Shown here: positions 10,399 through 19,989 of the stretch, in pieces
How the letters are laid out: every line of letters starts with the position of its first letter
Numbering within the stretch: position 1 is the stretch's first letter
Virus record (IMG/VR): IMGVR_UViG_2737471829_000004
Length of the DNA stretch: 42,039 bases
DNA from: a virus
Taxonomy: Duplodnaviria > Heunggongvirae > Uroviricota > Caudoviricetes
Reading direction: 5' to 3' (one strand)
The notes under the pieces: model-generated
Databases searched by the model: none
What the model was told of the DNA's origin: nothing
Seen by the model: the letters and a program-made list of their open reading frames with translations, nothing else
Program-made: the position numbers and the translations under genes

Positions 10399-10421
10399 AG
10401 CCGGTTAATCCGGCTTTTTTT
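10399..10421 (+). terminator. Rho-independent terminator after mor
   Basis: Hairpin agccgg-ttaat-ccggct followed by a T7 run. Confidence 0.7.
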
Positions 10422-10468
10422 ACGTCCTCAATATCCTGTGATGAATAACCGTACCGGGGGAAATCATC

Positions 10469-10699
10469 ATGGGTAAAGGCTGGAATGCATCCTTTCATCT
10501 TGGCAGACGTGAGCGGCTGCGTCAGGAGGTTTTGCACCGTGTCGCCGGTGGGCCTCGGCCTTCGCCCCGCGACTATACCGGTCATGATGGCACCCACGGC
10601 AGTTATTACATGAAAGGCTGGCAGTCAGTTGATATGCCGGAAATTCTTCACCACTGTCAACGTTATAAGGAAAAATATTGTGTACAGAAAATTCAGTGA
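10469..10699 (+). CDS. Possible small ORF between mor and C
   Basis: 76-aa ORF with a weak RBS; lies in the region expected to carry the middle promoter, so it may be non-coding. Confidence 0.25.
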   Translation: MGKGWNASFHLGRRERLRQEVLHRVAGGPRPSPRDYTGHDGTHGSYYMKGWQSVDMPEILHHCQRYKEKYCVQKIQ

Positions 10700-10810
10700 T
10701 GAATGTTTCGGGCCGTCCACGCTGATTAGTGCGATAAAAGTGATTGCCCTTGTGGTTCTGATAACCATCAGTGCCGTGGTGTATCTTTCTGTCTGTTAAC
10801 CGGGGGAAAT

Positions 10811-11233
10811 ATGCAGCATGATTTATTTGAACACGATCCGGCAATTCGCCAGTTAATCGGACATATTGATAACATCCCGGCCCCGGAACTGGAATCACGC
10901 TGGCCCCGTTCGGTGGTTGATCTGATTGATGTTCTGGAAAACGAACTGAAACGCCAGAACGTCAGCAATCCCCGTGAACTTGCCCGTAAACAGGCCGTTG
11001 CCCTGTCCTGTTTTCTGGGGGGGCGGCAGTTTTACATCCCCTGCGGCGATACTATCCTGACCGCGTTACGCGACGATTTGCTTTACTGCCAGTTCAATGG
11101 TCGTAACATGGAAGAACTGCGTCGCCAGTACCGCCTGTCCCAGCCGCAGATCTACCAGATTATTGCCCGCCAGAGAAAGCTGCATACACGACGTCATCAG
11201 CCTGATCTGTTCTCACCTGAAAGCCAGAAATAA
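10811..11233 (+). CDS. C: C, late transcription activator (Mor/C family)
   Basis: 140 aa; paralog of the mor product (GGRQFYIP..FNGRNMEEL..Y..I.R.R.L); position before the lysis and head genes. Confidence 0.85.
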   Translation: MQHDLFEHDPAIRQLIGHIDNIPAPELESRWPRSVVDLIDVLENELKRQNVSNPRELARKQAVALSCFLGGRQFYIPCGDTILTALRDDLLYCQFNGRNMEELRRQYRLSQPQIYQIIARQRKLHTRRHQPDLFSPESQK

Positions 11234-11254
11234 CCGGCATCCTGCCGGTTATTT
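11232..11254 (+). terminator. Hairpin terminator after C
   Basis: aaccggca-tcc-tgccggtt stem-loop followed by a T-rich tract. Confidence 0.5.
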
Positions 11255-11324
11255 CCTGTCACCATAATCCCGCACCTGCCATCTGATTTTTTAGACTGCC
11301 ATCAGAGCATTTTTTCAGGGAAGC

Positions 11325-11843
11325 ATGATGGCGGGGATACCAAAAAAACTGAAAGCCGCACTGCTGGCGGTAACGATTGCCGGTGGCGGTGTGGGTGGTT
11401 ATCAGGAAATGACCCGTCAGTCTCTGATCCACCTGGAAAATATCGCTTATCTGCCTTACCGCGATATTGCCGGTGTGCTTACGGTCTGTGTGGGACATAC
11501 CGGGCCGGATATCGAAATGCGCCGTTACAGCCATGCGGAGTGTATGGCTCTCCTCGACAGTGATTTAAAACCGGTTTATGCGGCAATCGATCGTCTTGTC
11601 AGGGTGCCGCTGACGCCATATCAGAAAACGGCGCTGGCAACGTTTATTTTCAACACCGGTGTTACCGCATTCAGTAAAACAACGTTGCTGAAAAAACTCA
11701 ATGCCGGTGATTACGCCGGAGCGCGTGACCAGATGGCCCGCTGGGTGTTTGCCGCAGGCCATAAATGGAAAGGACTGATGAACCGTCGCGAAGTGGAAAT
11801 GGCAATCTGGAATATCAGGGGGGCGGATGACCTTCGCCAGTAA
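11325..11843 (+). CDS. lys: Endolysin with N-terminal SAR-like hydrophobic segment
   Basis: 172 aa; N-terminal LKAALLAVTIAGGGVGG is a weakly hydrophobic Gly/Ala-rich helix. Position and size match Mu lys. Confidence 0.8.
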   Translation: MMAGIPKKLKAALLAVTIAGGGVGGYQEMTRQSLIHLENIAYLPYRDIAGVLTVCVGHTGPDIEMRRYSHAECMALLDSDLKPVYAAIDRLVRVPLTPYQKTALATFIFNTGVTAFSKTTLLKKLNAGDYAGARDQMARWVFAAGHKWKGLMNRREVEMAIWNIRGADDLRQ

Positions 11844-12213
11844 AAGTTTACTGCTGGCAGCCGTGTTTGCCGCCGTTCTGTCTGGGGTGTTGTGGCACAG
11901 GCTGGACAGCACCCGCCACGATAACCAGACGCTGCGCCGTGAATTACAGACGGAGCAACAGGCCCGCAACACGGCTGAATGGTTGTTACACAGTCAGGAA
12001 CAGACGATGCAGGTATTTTCCGCTATCCGTGCCGCAAATCGTGCCGCGCGGCTGGCAGATGAGACAGAACATCATGATGCAAAACAAAAAATTACAACCG
12101 CCATTACCGGTGACAATTGCAGCACTCGTCCTGTGCCTGCCGTTGCTGCTGACAGGTTGCGGGAACTCGAAAAACGCACCCGTGCCATCGGTGGTGATCC
12201 TGCCCGAAACTGA
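11827..12213 (+). CDS. Putative i-spanin (Rz-like)
   Basis: 128 aa; N-terminal transmembrane helix LLLAAVFAAVLSGVLW and charged coiled-coil-like remainder; directly after the endolysin. Confidence 0.55.
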   Translation: MTFASKSLLLAAVFAAVLSGVLWHRLDSTRHDNQTLRRELQTEQQARNTAEWLLHSQEQTMQVFSAIRAANRAARLADETEHHDAKQKITTAITGDNCSTRPVPAVAADRLRELEKRTRAIGGDPARN

Positions 12214-12415
12214 TGCAGAACTGACGGAAGCAACGCCCGTTCCGCCCATGCCACAGCCCCTGACGTGGGGAGCATCCCTTCTCTGGAATGCTGACCTGCT
12301 GATGGCGCTCGGGCAGTGCAACCGCGACAAGGCATCAGTCCGGGAACAGGAGACCCGGAGGAAAGAAATTTATGAACGAAGACCAGAACCGGGCGGTGGC
12401 GCTGCTGCTCGCTGA
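12074..12415 (+). CDS. Putative o-spanin (Rz1-like lipoprotein) in the +1 frame, overlapping the i-spanin 3' end
   Basis: Internal ATG in the alternate frame gives MMQNKKLQPPLPVTIAALVLCLPLLLTGCG, a lipobox signal peptide, followed by a Pro-rich sequence. Length is unusual for an o-spanin, so the end is uncertain. Confidence 0.4.
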   Translation: MMQNKKLQPPLPVTIAALVLCLPLLLTGCGNSKNAPVPSVVILPETDAELTEATPVPPMPQPLTWGASLLWNADLLMALGQCNRDKASVREQETRRKEIYERRPEPGGGAAAR

Positions 12416-12566
12416 ACTCTGGCAGGGGAATACCCGTGATATTCCCCGTCCGGCGGCGTATGACCCGCCTGTATTGTGTGCCGGTTGCGGTCGTGAGCTG
12501 CGGCCTGATGTGCTGAGACAGCAGCCAATGGCGAACTACTGCCACTGGTGCCGTGGAGCAGAATAA
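12372..12566 (+). CDS. Hypothetical small Cys-containing protein
   Basis: 64-aa ORF with CAGCG...CHWC motif. Confidence 0.3.
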   Translation: MNEDQNRAVALLLAELWQGNTRDIPRPAAYDPPVLCAGCGRELRPDVLRQQPMANYCHWCRGAE

Positions 12567-12865
12567 TGGATTTGATTTCAGTTTTAGCGTTATGGCCTTA
12601 CCTGTTGCCTGTTGTGGCCGGTGGGGCCGTCTGGGCGATGCGTCGTAGTTTTGCCAGCACCGAGCGTGTGGAGCGTCTTGAAAACCGGATGACCGAAATG
12701 GAAACCCGCTACGCCAGCATCCCTGGCACAGAAGATGTACACGAAATGCGCCTGCGTATTGCAGAGCTGTCCGGCGATATCCGGGTGCTGTCCCAGCGGG
12801 TGCAGTCATTTTCCCATCAACTGGAGCTGCTGCTTGAAAACGCAGTAAACCGGAGTAATTCATGA
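12548..12865 (+). CDS. Small membrane protein, possibly lysis-associated
   Basis: N-terminal hydrophobic segment LISVLALWPYLLPVVAGGAVWA followed by a charged region; located in the lysis cluster. Confidence 0.45.
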   Translation: MPWSRIMDLISVLALWPYLLPVVAGGAVWAMRRSFASTERVERLENRMTEMETRYASIPGTEDVHEMRLRIAELSGDIRVLSQRVQSFSHQLELLLENAVNRSNS

Positions 12866-13152
12866 TTAACGATATTCTGACCGAAGACCGTCGTCTGGTC
12901 ATCCTGCGTTCCCTGATGGACTGCAATAACGAAGCCAACGAATCCATCCTTCAGGACTGTCTGGATGCATACGGACACAACGTTTCCCGCGATGTGGTTC
13001 GCGGCCAGATTGACTGGCTGGCAGAGCAGCAACTGGTCACCGTGGAAAACCTGCGCGGCTTTTATGTCGTAACGCTGACCTCCCGAGGTCAGGATGTGGC
13101 GGAAGGCCGCGCCCGCGTTGCCGGTGTCAAGCGTCCGCGTCCCCGTGCATGA
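12862..13152 (+). CDS. Hypothetical protein upstream of terminase
   Basis: 96-aa ORF translationally coupled to its neighbours. Confidence 0.45.
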   Translation: MINDILTEDRRLVILRSLMDCNNEANESILQDCLDAYGHNVSRDVVRGQIDWLAEQQLVTVENLRGFYVVTLTSRGQDVAEGRARVAGVKRPRPRA

Positions 13153-13739
13153 CAGGAGGCGTGATGGACAGGAAAACACGGGGCCGGGCTTCAAAAGTGG
13201 ATTTACTGCCGGAAAACGTACGTAAAACGCTGCATGAAATGCTGCGTGATAAGGCGATCCCACAGGCCCGCATTCTGGAAGAAATTAACGCACTGATTGA
13301 AGACGCTGGCCTGCCGGATGAGATGAAACTCTCCCGTTCCGGTCTGAACCGTTACGCGACGAACGTCGAGCAGGTAGGCCATAACCTGCGACAGATGCGT
13401 GAAATGACGTCAGCACTGACCGCAGAACTTGGCGACAAGCCAATGGGAGAAACCACAAAGCTGATTCTGGAAATGGCCCGCAGCCAGCTTTTTAAGGCCA
13501 TGATGCGGCAAATCGAAAACCCGGAATCTGACGTGGATATTGACCTGCTGAAAAATGCCATGCTGGCGGCACAGCGTCTGGAATCCACGGCAATGTCCAG
13601 CCACCGGCGCGAGAAAGAAATCCGCCAGGCATTCGCAGAAGAAGCGGCAAACGCCGTCAGTGAAGAACTGCGCGGGCAGGATGGCATCAGCGAAGAGCTG
13701 GAGCAGCGTATCCGTGATGTGCTGCTGGGTAAGGCATGA
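13149..13739 (+). CDS. Terminase small subunit-like protein
   Basis: 196 aa, immediately upstream of the large terminase; N-terminal basic region consistent with DNA binding. Confidence 0.65.
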   Translation: MTGGVMDRKTRGRASKVDLLPENVRKTLHEMLRDKAIPQARILEEINALIEDAGLPDEMKLSRSGLNRYATNVEQVGHNLRQMREMTSALTAELGDKPMGETTKLILEMARSQLFKAMMRQIENPESDVDIDLLKNAMLAAQRLESTAMSSHRREKEIRQAFAEEAANAVSEELRGQDGISEELEQRIRDVLLGKA

Positions 13740-13746
13740 GAGGGTT

Positions 13747-15402
13747 ATGAACACCAGAGAAAACAACCTTAAAGCCCTTCATGCCCCCCGAAAAATCAAC
13801 CTGCGTGAGGAAGCCGAACTGCTCGGCGTGAATATCGTGACCGATATCGGGGAAGCACAGCCCCGCAATGAACCGGTTTTTCTGGGCTATCAGCGCCGCT
13901 GGTTTGAGGATGAAAGCCAGATTTGCATCGCTGAAAAATCCCGTCGTACCGGTCTGACATGGGCCGAAGCGGGCCGCAATGTCATGACGGCAGCAAAGCC
14001 GCGCCGCCGTGGCGGTCGCAACGTCTTTTATGTGGGTTCCCGTCAGGAAATGGCGCTGGAATATATCGCCGCCTGTGCCCTGTTTGCCCGCGCCTTTAAC
14101 CAGCTGGCAAAGGCTGATGTCTGGGAGCAGACCTTCTGGGACAGCGACAAAAAAGAAGAAATCCTCACTTATATGATCCGTTTCCCTAACAGCGGATTTA
14201 AGGTGCAGGCGCTGTCAAGCCGTCCGTCTAACCTGCGTGGTTTGCAGGGGGACGTGGTGATTGATGAGGCGGCATTTCATGAAGCCCTGGACGAACTCCT
14301 GAAAGCGGCCTTTGCTCTCACCATGTGGGGTGCCCGCGTGCGGATCATATCGACACATAACGGCGTCGATAACCTGTTTAACCAGTACATTCAGGATGCG
14401 CGCGAGGGGCGCAAGGATTACAGCGTTCACCGCATCACGCTGGATGATGCCATCGCTGACGGGTTGTACCGACGTATCTGTTACGTCACGAATCAGCCGT
14501 GGTCGCCGGAAGCGGAAAAAGCCTGGCGTGATGGCCTGTACCGGAATGCGCCGAATAAAGAGAGTGCCGACGAGGAATACGGCTGCATTCCTAAAAAATC
14601 CGGGGGCGCTTATCTGTCACGCGTGCTGATTGAAGCCGCCATGACGCCAGCGCGGGATATCCCGATTCTGCGTTTTGAAGCCCCGGACGATTTTGAATCG
14701 CTGACACCACAAATGCGCCACGGCATCGTTCAGGACTGGTGTGAACAGGAGCTGCTCCCGTTGCTCGATGCGCTGTCGCCGCTCAATAAACACGTACTGG
14801 GCGAAGACTTTGCACGCCGTGGCGACCTGACGGTGTTTGTTCCGCTTGCCATCACTCCTGACTTACGCAAACGCGAATGTTTCCGCGTGGAGCTGCGTAA
14901 TGTGACCTATGACCAGCAGCGACAAATCCTTTTATTCATTCTGTCCCGTTTGCCCCGTTTTACCGGCGCTGCATTTGATGCCACCGGTAACGGCGGTTAT
15001 CTGGCAGAAGCCACCCGTCTGATTTATGGCCCGGAGATGATCGACTGTGTGAATCTGACCGCATCCTGGTATCAGGAGTGGATGCCAAAACTGAAAGGCG
15101 AGTTTGAAGCGCAGAACATCACGATTGCCCGGCACCAGACCACTCTTGATGACCTGCTCCACATCAAGGTGGACAAAGGTATTCCGCAGATTGATAAGGG
15201 GCGCACAAAAGATGAAGGTGGTAAAGGCCGACGACATGGCGACTTTGCCGTGGCGCTCTGTATGGCTGTCAGAGCGTCTTATATGAATGGTTTTGTTATC
15301 GACGAGGACAGCATACAGGCGCTGCCACCACGCCACCGTGGTGATGATGTTGATAACGATGATTTTGATGATTATCACCAGTTTGAACGAGGGGGCTGGT
15401 AA
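13747..15402 (+). CDS. Terminase large subunit
   Basis: 551 aa from the ATG after the small-subunit stop; Walker-like motifs and terminase nuclease-like C-terminus. The track ORF extends upstream to 13555 in a frame overlapping the small subunit. Confidence 0.85.
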   Translation: MNTRENNLKALHAPRKINLREEAELLGVNIVTDIGEAQPRNEPVFLGYQRRWFEDESQICIAEKSRRTGLTWAEAGRNVMTAAKPRRRGGRNVFYVGSRQEMALEYIAACALFARAFNQLAKADVWEQTFWDSDKKEEILTYMIRFPNSGFKVQALSSRPSNLRGLQGDVVIDEAAFHEALDELLKAAFALTMWGARVRIISTHNGVDNLFNQYIQDAREGRKDYSVHRITLDDAIADGLYRRICYVTNQPWSPEAEKAWRDGLYRNAPNKESADEEYGCIPKKSGGAYLSRVLIEAAMTPARDIPILRFEAPDDFESLTPQMRHGIVQDWCEQELLPLLDALSPLNKHVLGEDFARRGDLTVFVPLAITPDLRKRECFRVELRNVTYDQQRQILLFILSRLPRFTGAAFDATGNGGYLAEATRLIYGPEMIDCVNLTASWYQEWMPKLKGEFEAQNITIARHQTTLDDLLHIKVDKGIPQIDKGRTKDEGGKGRRHGDFAVALCMAVRASYMNGFVIDEDSIQALPPRHRGDDVDNDDFDDYHQFERGGW

Positions 15403-16940
15403 TGGGCCGTATTCTGGATATTTCCGGGCAGCCGTTTGATTTTGACGATGAAATGCAGACCCGCAGCGATGAGCTGGCAATGGTCATGAAGCGTACGCAG
15501 GAGCATCCTTCCAGTGGTGTGACGCCGAACCGGGCCGCGCAGATGCTGCGTGATGCCGAACGCGGTGATCTGACCGCACAGGCTGACCTGGCCTTTGATA
15601 TGGAAGAAAAGGACACCCACCTTTTTTCCGAACTGAGCAAGCGCCGCCTTGCCATTCAGGCGCTGGAATGGCGCATCGCTCCGGCACGTGATGCCAGCGC
15701 ACAGGAGAAAAAAGACGCCGACATGCTGAATGAATATCTGCATGATGCGGCGTGGTTTGAAGATGCCCTGTTTGATGCCGGTGATGCCATTCTCAAGGGT
15801 TATTCCATGCAGGAGATTGAATGGGGCTGGCTGGGCAAAATGCGCGTGCCGGTGGCGCTGCATCATCGCGATCCGGCGCTGTTCTGTGCGAACCCCGACA
15901 ATCTGAACGAATTACGCCTGCGTGATGCGTCTTATCACGGGCTGGAGCTGCAACCGTTCGGCTGGTTTATGCACCGGGCCAAATCCCGCACCGGGTATGT
16001 CGGCACCAATGGCCTTGTGCGCACGCTTATCTGGCCTTTTATTTTTAAAAACTATTCCGTGCGTGATTTTGCAGAGTTTCTGGAAATTTACGGACTCCCC
16101 ATGCGCGTTGGTAAATATCCGACCGGCTCAACGAACCGCGAGAAAGCCACGCTGATGCAGGCCGTGATGGATATCGGGCGACGTGCCGGTGGCATTATTC
16201 CGATGGGGATGACGCTGGATTTTCAGAGCGCCGCAGATGGTCAGTCAGACCCTTTTATGGCGATGATTGGCTGGGCAGAAAAAGCGATTTCAAAAGCCAT
16301 TCTGGGCGGCACCCTGACCACAGAGGCTGGCGATAAAGGTGCGAGGTCGCTGGGTGAAGTGCATGATGAGGTTCGCCGGGAAATCCGTAACGCGGATGTG
16401 GGCCAGCTTGCCCGCAGTATTAACCGTGACCTGATTTATCCCCTGCTGGCACTGAACAGTGACAGCACCATTGATATTAACCGCCTGCCGGGCATTGTAT
16501 TTGATACCAGTGAAGCGGGTGATATTACGGCACTGTCTGACGCCATTCCGAAACTGGCGGCGGGAATGCGTATTCCGGTTTCCTGGATACAGGAAAAACT
16601 TCATATTCCACAACCGGTCGGTGATGAAGCCGTGTTTACTGCTCAACCGGTTGTCCCGGATAACGGTCCGCAGAAAGAGGCCGCATTATCCGCTGAAGAT
16701 ATCCCGCAGGAGGATGATATCGACCGGATGGGCGTCTCACCGGAAGACTGGCAGCGTTCGGTTGATCCCCTGCTGAAACCCGTCATTTTTTCTGTGCTGA
16801 AAGATGGCCCGGAAGCCGCCATGAACAAAGCTGCTTCATTATATCCGCAGATGGATGATGCAGAACTTATCGACATGCTGACCCGTGCCATTTTTGTTGC
16901 CGATATATGGGGGCGTCTGGATGCCGCAGCAGACCATTGA
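15402..16940 (+). CDS. Portal protein
   Basis: 512 aa, between terminase and head morphogenesis genes; size and position match the Mu portal. Confidence 0.8.
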   Translation: MGRILDISGQPFDFDDEMQTRSDELAMVMKRTQEHPSSGVTPNRAAQMLRDAERGDLTAQADLAFDMEEKDTHLFSELSKRRLAIQALEWRIAPARDASAQEKKDADMLNEYLHDAAWFEDALFDAGDAILKGYSMQEIEWGWLGKMRVPVALHHRDPALFCANPDNLNELRLRDASYHGLELQPFGWFMHRAKSRTGYVGTNGLVRTLIWPFIFKNYSVRDFAEFLEIYGLPMRVGKYPTGSTNREKATLMQAVMDIGRRAGGIIPMGMTLDFQSAADGQSDPFMAMIGWAEKAISKAILGGTLTTEAGDKGARSLGEVHDEVRREIRNADVGQLARSINRDLIYPLLALNSDSTIDINRLPGIVFDTSEAGDITALSDAIPKLAAGMRIPVSWIQEKLHIPQPVGDEAVFTAQPVVPDNGPQKEAALSAEDIPQEDDIDRMGVSPEDWQRSVDPLLKPVIFSVLKDGPEAAMNKAASLYPQMDDAELIDMLTRAIFVADIWGRLDAAADH

Positions 16941-18240
16941 TCTGGCGTATGCCGCACGCCTCCCGCCAAAGGAGGCTGTCGCGTATTTCCGCGCCAAAGG
17001 CTACAACATCACCTGGAACTGGTACGAACAACTGGCAGACGCGCACGCCCGCGCCTTTACCGTTGCCAAAGCCACCCGGATGGATGTCCTGACCACAATC
17101 CGTGAGGAAGTGGAGCGGGCTGTCAGTGAAGGCATCACCCGTGAGGAATTTACCCGCACACTGGCCCCCCGGCTGCAAAAACTCGGATGGTGGGGAAAAC
17201 AAATCATCGTGGATGCAGACGGAAACGCGAAGGTAATCGAGCTGGGCAGTCCGCGTCGTCTGGCAACCATTTATAACGTCAATACCCGTACGGCGTATGG
17301 GGCAGGACGTTATGCGCAGATGATGAATACCGCCGATTTGTACCCGTACTGGCAGTACGTTGCCGTTATGGATGGCAGAACACGCCCGGAACATGCGCGG
17401 CTGCACAATATGGTTTTCCGGTATGACGACATTTTCTGGCAGACGCATTACCCGCCCAATGGCTGGAACTGCCGCTGTCGCGTCCGGGCGCTGTCTGCGG
17501 CCCGCATGAAAGAACTGGGGCTACAGGTCAGTTATGGTGCGTCATTCATGAATACCCGCGAAGTGGATGCCGGTACGGATGAAAGCACCGGAGAGATTTT
17601 CCGCACATCGTCAACCACGTTTGACAACGGTCGGGTAAAAATGACGCCAGATGTGGGCTGGTCATATAACCCTGGTTCGGCGGCATTTGGTACGGATCAG
17701 GCACTGATTCGAAAACTGGTGGAAATTCGCGACGCGCAGTTGCGTGAGCAGGTTGTTCAGACGCTGAATAACAGCCGGGAGCGTCAGCTTGCTTTTTCCC
17801 TCTGGCTTAAACGCTTGGCAGGATCACGTCAGACCGGTCATGAAATCTGGGCACTGGGTTTTATGACGGAATCGGTAGCTGAAGCCGTACATCAGCGCAC
17901 CGGGAATATGCCAGCCCGTCTGCTTGTGATGAACGGGAAAAGTCTGGCGACCACTGCTGATGCCGCCCTGAAACCGGAGGATTTACAGCATCTGCCGTCG
18001 CTGATGGCAAAACCACAGGCAGTATTGTGGGACAGGGAGAACCACCAGTTGCTGTATGTTGTGGCAACCCGTGACGGCATGGCCCGGATTGTGGTCAGAA
18101 CATCACAGACAGTCGGCAGGCAGAATGACCGTGCGGATGTGCTGGTCAGTATCAGCCGCGTATCTGCACAGTCGCTTGAAACCGCGATTGCTGACGGGAT
18201 GATTGACGTACTGGAGGGGCATGTGGAGGTGAATAAGTGA
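16921..18240 (+). CDS. Head morphogenesis protein (Mu F-like)
   Basis: Follows the portal gene; size matches Mu F. Start taken at an internal ATG; the track ORF starts at 16885. Confidence 0.7.
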   Translation: MPQQTIDLAYAARLPPKEAVAYFRAKGYNITWNWYEQLADAHARAFTVAKATRMDVLTTIREEVERAVSEGITREEFTRTLAPRLQKLGWWGKQIIVDADGNAKVIELGSPRRLATIYNVNTRTAYGAGRYAQMMNTADLYPYWQYVAVMDGRTRPEHARLHNMVFRYDDIFWQTHYPPNGWNCRCRVRALSAARMKELGLQVSYGASFMNTREVDAGTDESTGEIFRTSSTTFDNGRVKMTPDVGWSYNPGSAAFGTDQALIRKLVEIRDAQLREQVVQTLNNSRERQLAFSLWLKRLAGSRQTGHEIWALGFMTESVAEAVHQRTGNMPARLLVMNGKSLATTADAALKPEDLQHLPSLMAKPQAVLWDRENHQLLYVVATRDGMARIVVRTSQTVGRQNDRADVLVSISRVSAQSLETAIADGMIDVLEGHVEVNK

Positions 18241-18707
18241 GTCTTGATATGAACGTTGCCGTGGATGTGCGACGTATTCAGCTTGCACTGGATGAACTGG
18301 GAACCGTTACACGTGACCGCGCCATTCCCCGTGTGATGGCTGCGGCGCTGCTGTCATCCACGGAACAGGCATTTGAACGGCAGGCAGACCCGGATACAGG
18401 GAAAGGCTGGGAAGCGTGGAGCGATTCGTGGCAGGCATGGCGTCAGGATCATGGTTTTGTTCCGGGCAGTATCCTTACCCTGCATGGCGATCTGGCACGC
18501 AGCATTACCACCGATTATGGACAGGATTATGCCCTGATTGGTTCGCCAAAAATTTATGCTGCCATTCATCAGTGGGGCGGTACACCCGATATGGCACCCC
18601 GCCCGGCAGGCGTTCCTGCGCGTCCTTATATGGGGCTGGATAAGACCGGGGAACAGGAAATTTTTGATGCCATCAGAAAACGCGTCAGCGCCGCTCTGAG
18701 GCAATAA
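18237..18707 (+). CDS. Virion morphogenesis protein (Mu G-like)
   Basis: 156 aa, coupled to the preceding gene. Confidence 0.65.
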   Translation: MSLDMNVAVDVRRIQLALDELGTVTRDRAIPRVMAAALLSSTEQAFERQADPDTGKGWEAWSDSWQAWRQDHGFVPGSILTLHGDLARSITTDYGQDYALIGSPKIYAAIHQWGGTPDMAPRPAGVPARPYMGLDKTGEQEIFDAIRKRVSAALRQ

Positions 18708-18903
18708 ACTGAATCAGACATGAAATCAGCTGCACAGATTTTTTAAAACGCGCCACGGGATTTTTAAACCGGTATTTAACGGTGTATGAATCCCGTTTTA
18801 TCTTCCTTCCACTTTCTTTCTCCATTACTCAAATAGCATAACCCCAGATTTTCCCGCACCTCCCGCAAACTGACTGCTCACAAACCATGATGAGCAGCAG
18901 GAC

Positions 18904-19989
18904 ATGAAAAAACACGCGATTGGCATTGCCGCACTGAGTGCGCTGTCCATTGACGATGACGGCTGGTGCCAGCTATTGCCTGCCGGTCATTTCAGTGCCC
19001 GTGATGGTCGTCCGTTTGATGTGACAGACGGTCAGGGGTGGTTCATCGACGGTGAGATTGCCGGGCGTCTGGTTGAAGGCGTTCGCGCGCTCAACCAGGA
19101 CGTGCTGATTGATTACGAGCATAACCAGCTACGTAAGGACAAAGGATTACCCCCGGAACAACTCGTCGCGGCTGGCTGGTTTAACGCCGATGAAATGCAG
19201 TGGCGTGAAGGTGAAGGGTTATTTATCCACCCACGCTGGACGGCGGCGGCCCAGCAGCGCATCGATGACGGCGAATTTGGTTATCTCTCTGCGGTTTTTC
19301 CGTATGACACCGCCACCGGTGCAGTGCTGCAAATCCGCCTTGCTGCGCTGACCAATGACCCCGGTGCCACCGGCATGAAAAAGCTGACCGCACTGGCGGC
19401 AGACCTTCCCGACATCCTTCAACAGGAGAACAAACCCATGAATGAAACGCTGCGCAAGCTGCTTGCGCGTCTTGGGGTGACGGTCCCCGAAAATGCAGAC
19501 ATCACCGATGAACAGGCCAGCGCGGCCCTGAGTGCGCTTGATGCGCTCGAAACAGATGCCGGAAAAGTGGCGGCGTTGTCTGCCGAACTGGAAAAGGCAC
19601 AGAAAGCCGCCGTTGACCTGACGAAATACGTCCCGGTGGAAAGCTACAACGCCCTGCGTGATGAACTGGCACAGGCGACTGCACAAAGCGCCACAGCCAG
19701 CCTGAGCGCCGTTCTGGACAAGGCGGAACAGGAAGGCCGCATTTTCAAAAGCGAACGTACCTATCTGGAACAGCTTGGCGGTCAGATTGGCGTGGCGGCA
19801 CTGTCGGCACAGCTTGAGAAAAAACAGCCTATCGCTGCGTTATCTGCCATGCAGACCACCACAGCGAAAATCCCGTCGCAGGAAAAAACGGCGGTGGCGG
19901 TGCTGTCTGCTGATGAACAGGCAGCAGTGAAGGCGCTCGGCATTACAGAGGCTGAGTATCTGAAAATGAAACAGGAACAAGAAAAATGA
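18904..19989 (+). CDS. Head maturation protease / scaffold (Mu I-like)
   Basis: 361 aa; N-terminal protease-like domain and Ala/Glu-rich coiled-coil C-terminus; immediately upstream of the major head gene. Confidence 0.8.
   Translation: MKKHAIGIAALSALSIDDDGWCQLLPAGHFSARDGRPFDVTDGQGWFIDGEIAGRLVEGVRALNQDVLIDYEHNQLRKDKGLPPEQLVAAGWFNADEMQWREGEGLFIHPRWTAAAQQRIDDGEFGYLSAVFPYDTATGAVLQIRLAALTNDPGATGMKKLTALAADLPDILQQENKPMNETLRKLLARLGVTVPENADITDEQASAALSALDALETDAGKVAALSAELEKAQKAAVDLTKYVPVESYNALRDELAQATAQSATASLSAVLDKAEQEGRIFKSERTYLEQLGGQIGVAALSAQLEKKQPIAALSAMQTTTAKIPSQEKTAVAVLSADEQAAVKALGITEAEYLKMKQEQEK

Noticed and set aside
10328-10898. Minus-strand ORFs 10328-10597 and 10467-10898 between mor and C
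   Set aside because: They run antisense to the early-to-middle transcription direction, overlap the C start, and lack convincing start contexts.
11867-12415. The full 182-aa track ORF overlapping the endolysin end and the i-spanin
   Set aside because: The N-terminal part has no independent support. Only the portion from the internal ATG at about 12074, which opens with a lipoprotein signal, is plausible.
13555-13746. N-terminal extension of the large terminase ORF (615 aa in the track)
   Set aside because: The extension overlaps the small terminase gene in another frame. The ATG at 13747, just after the small-subunit stop, gives a product of typical Mu large-terminase length.
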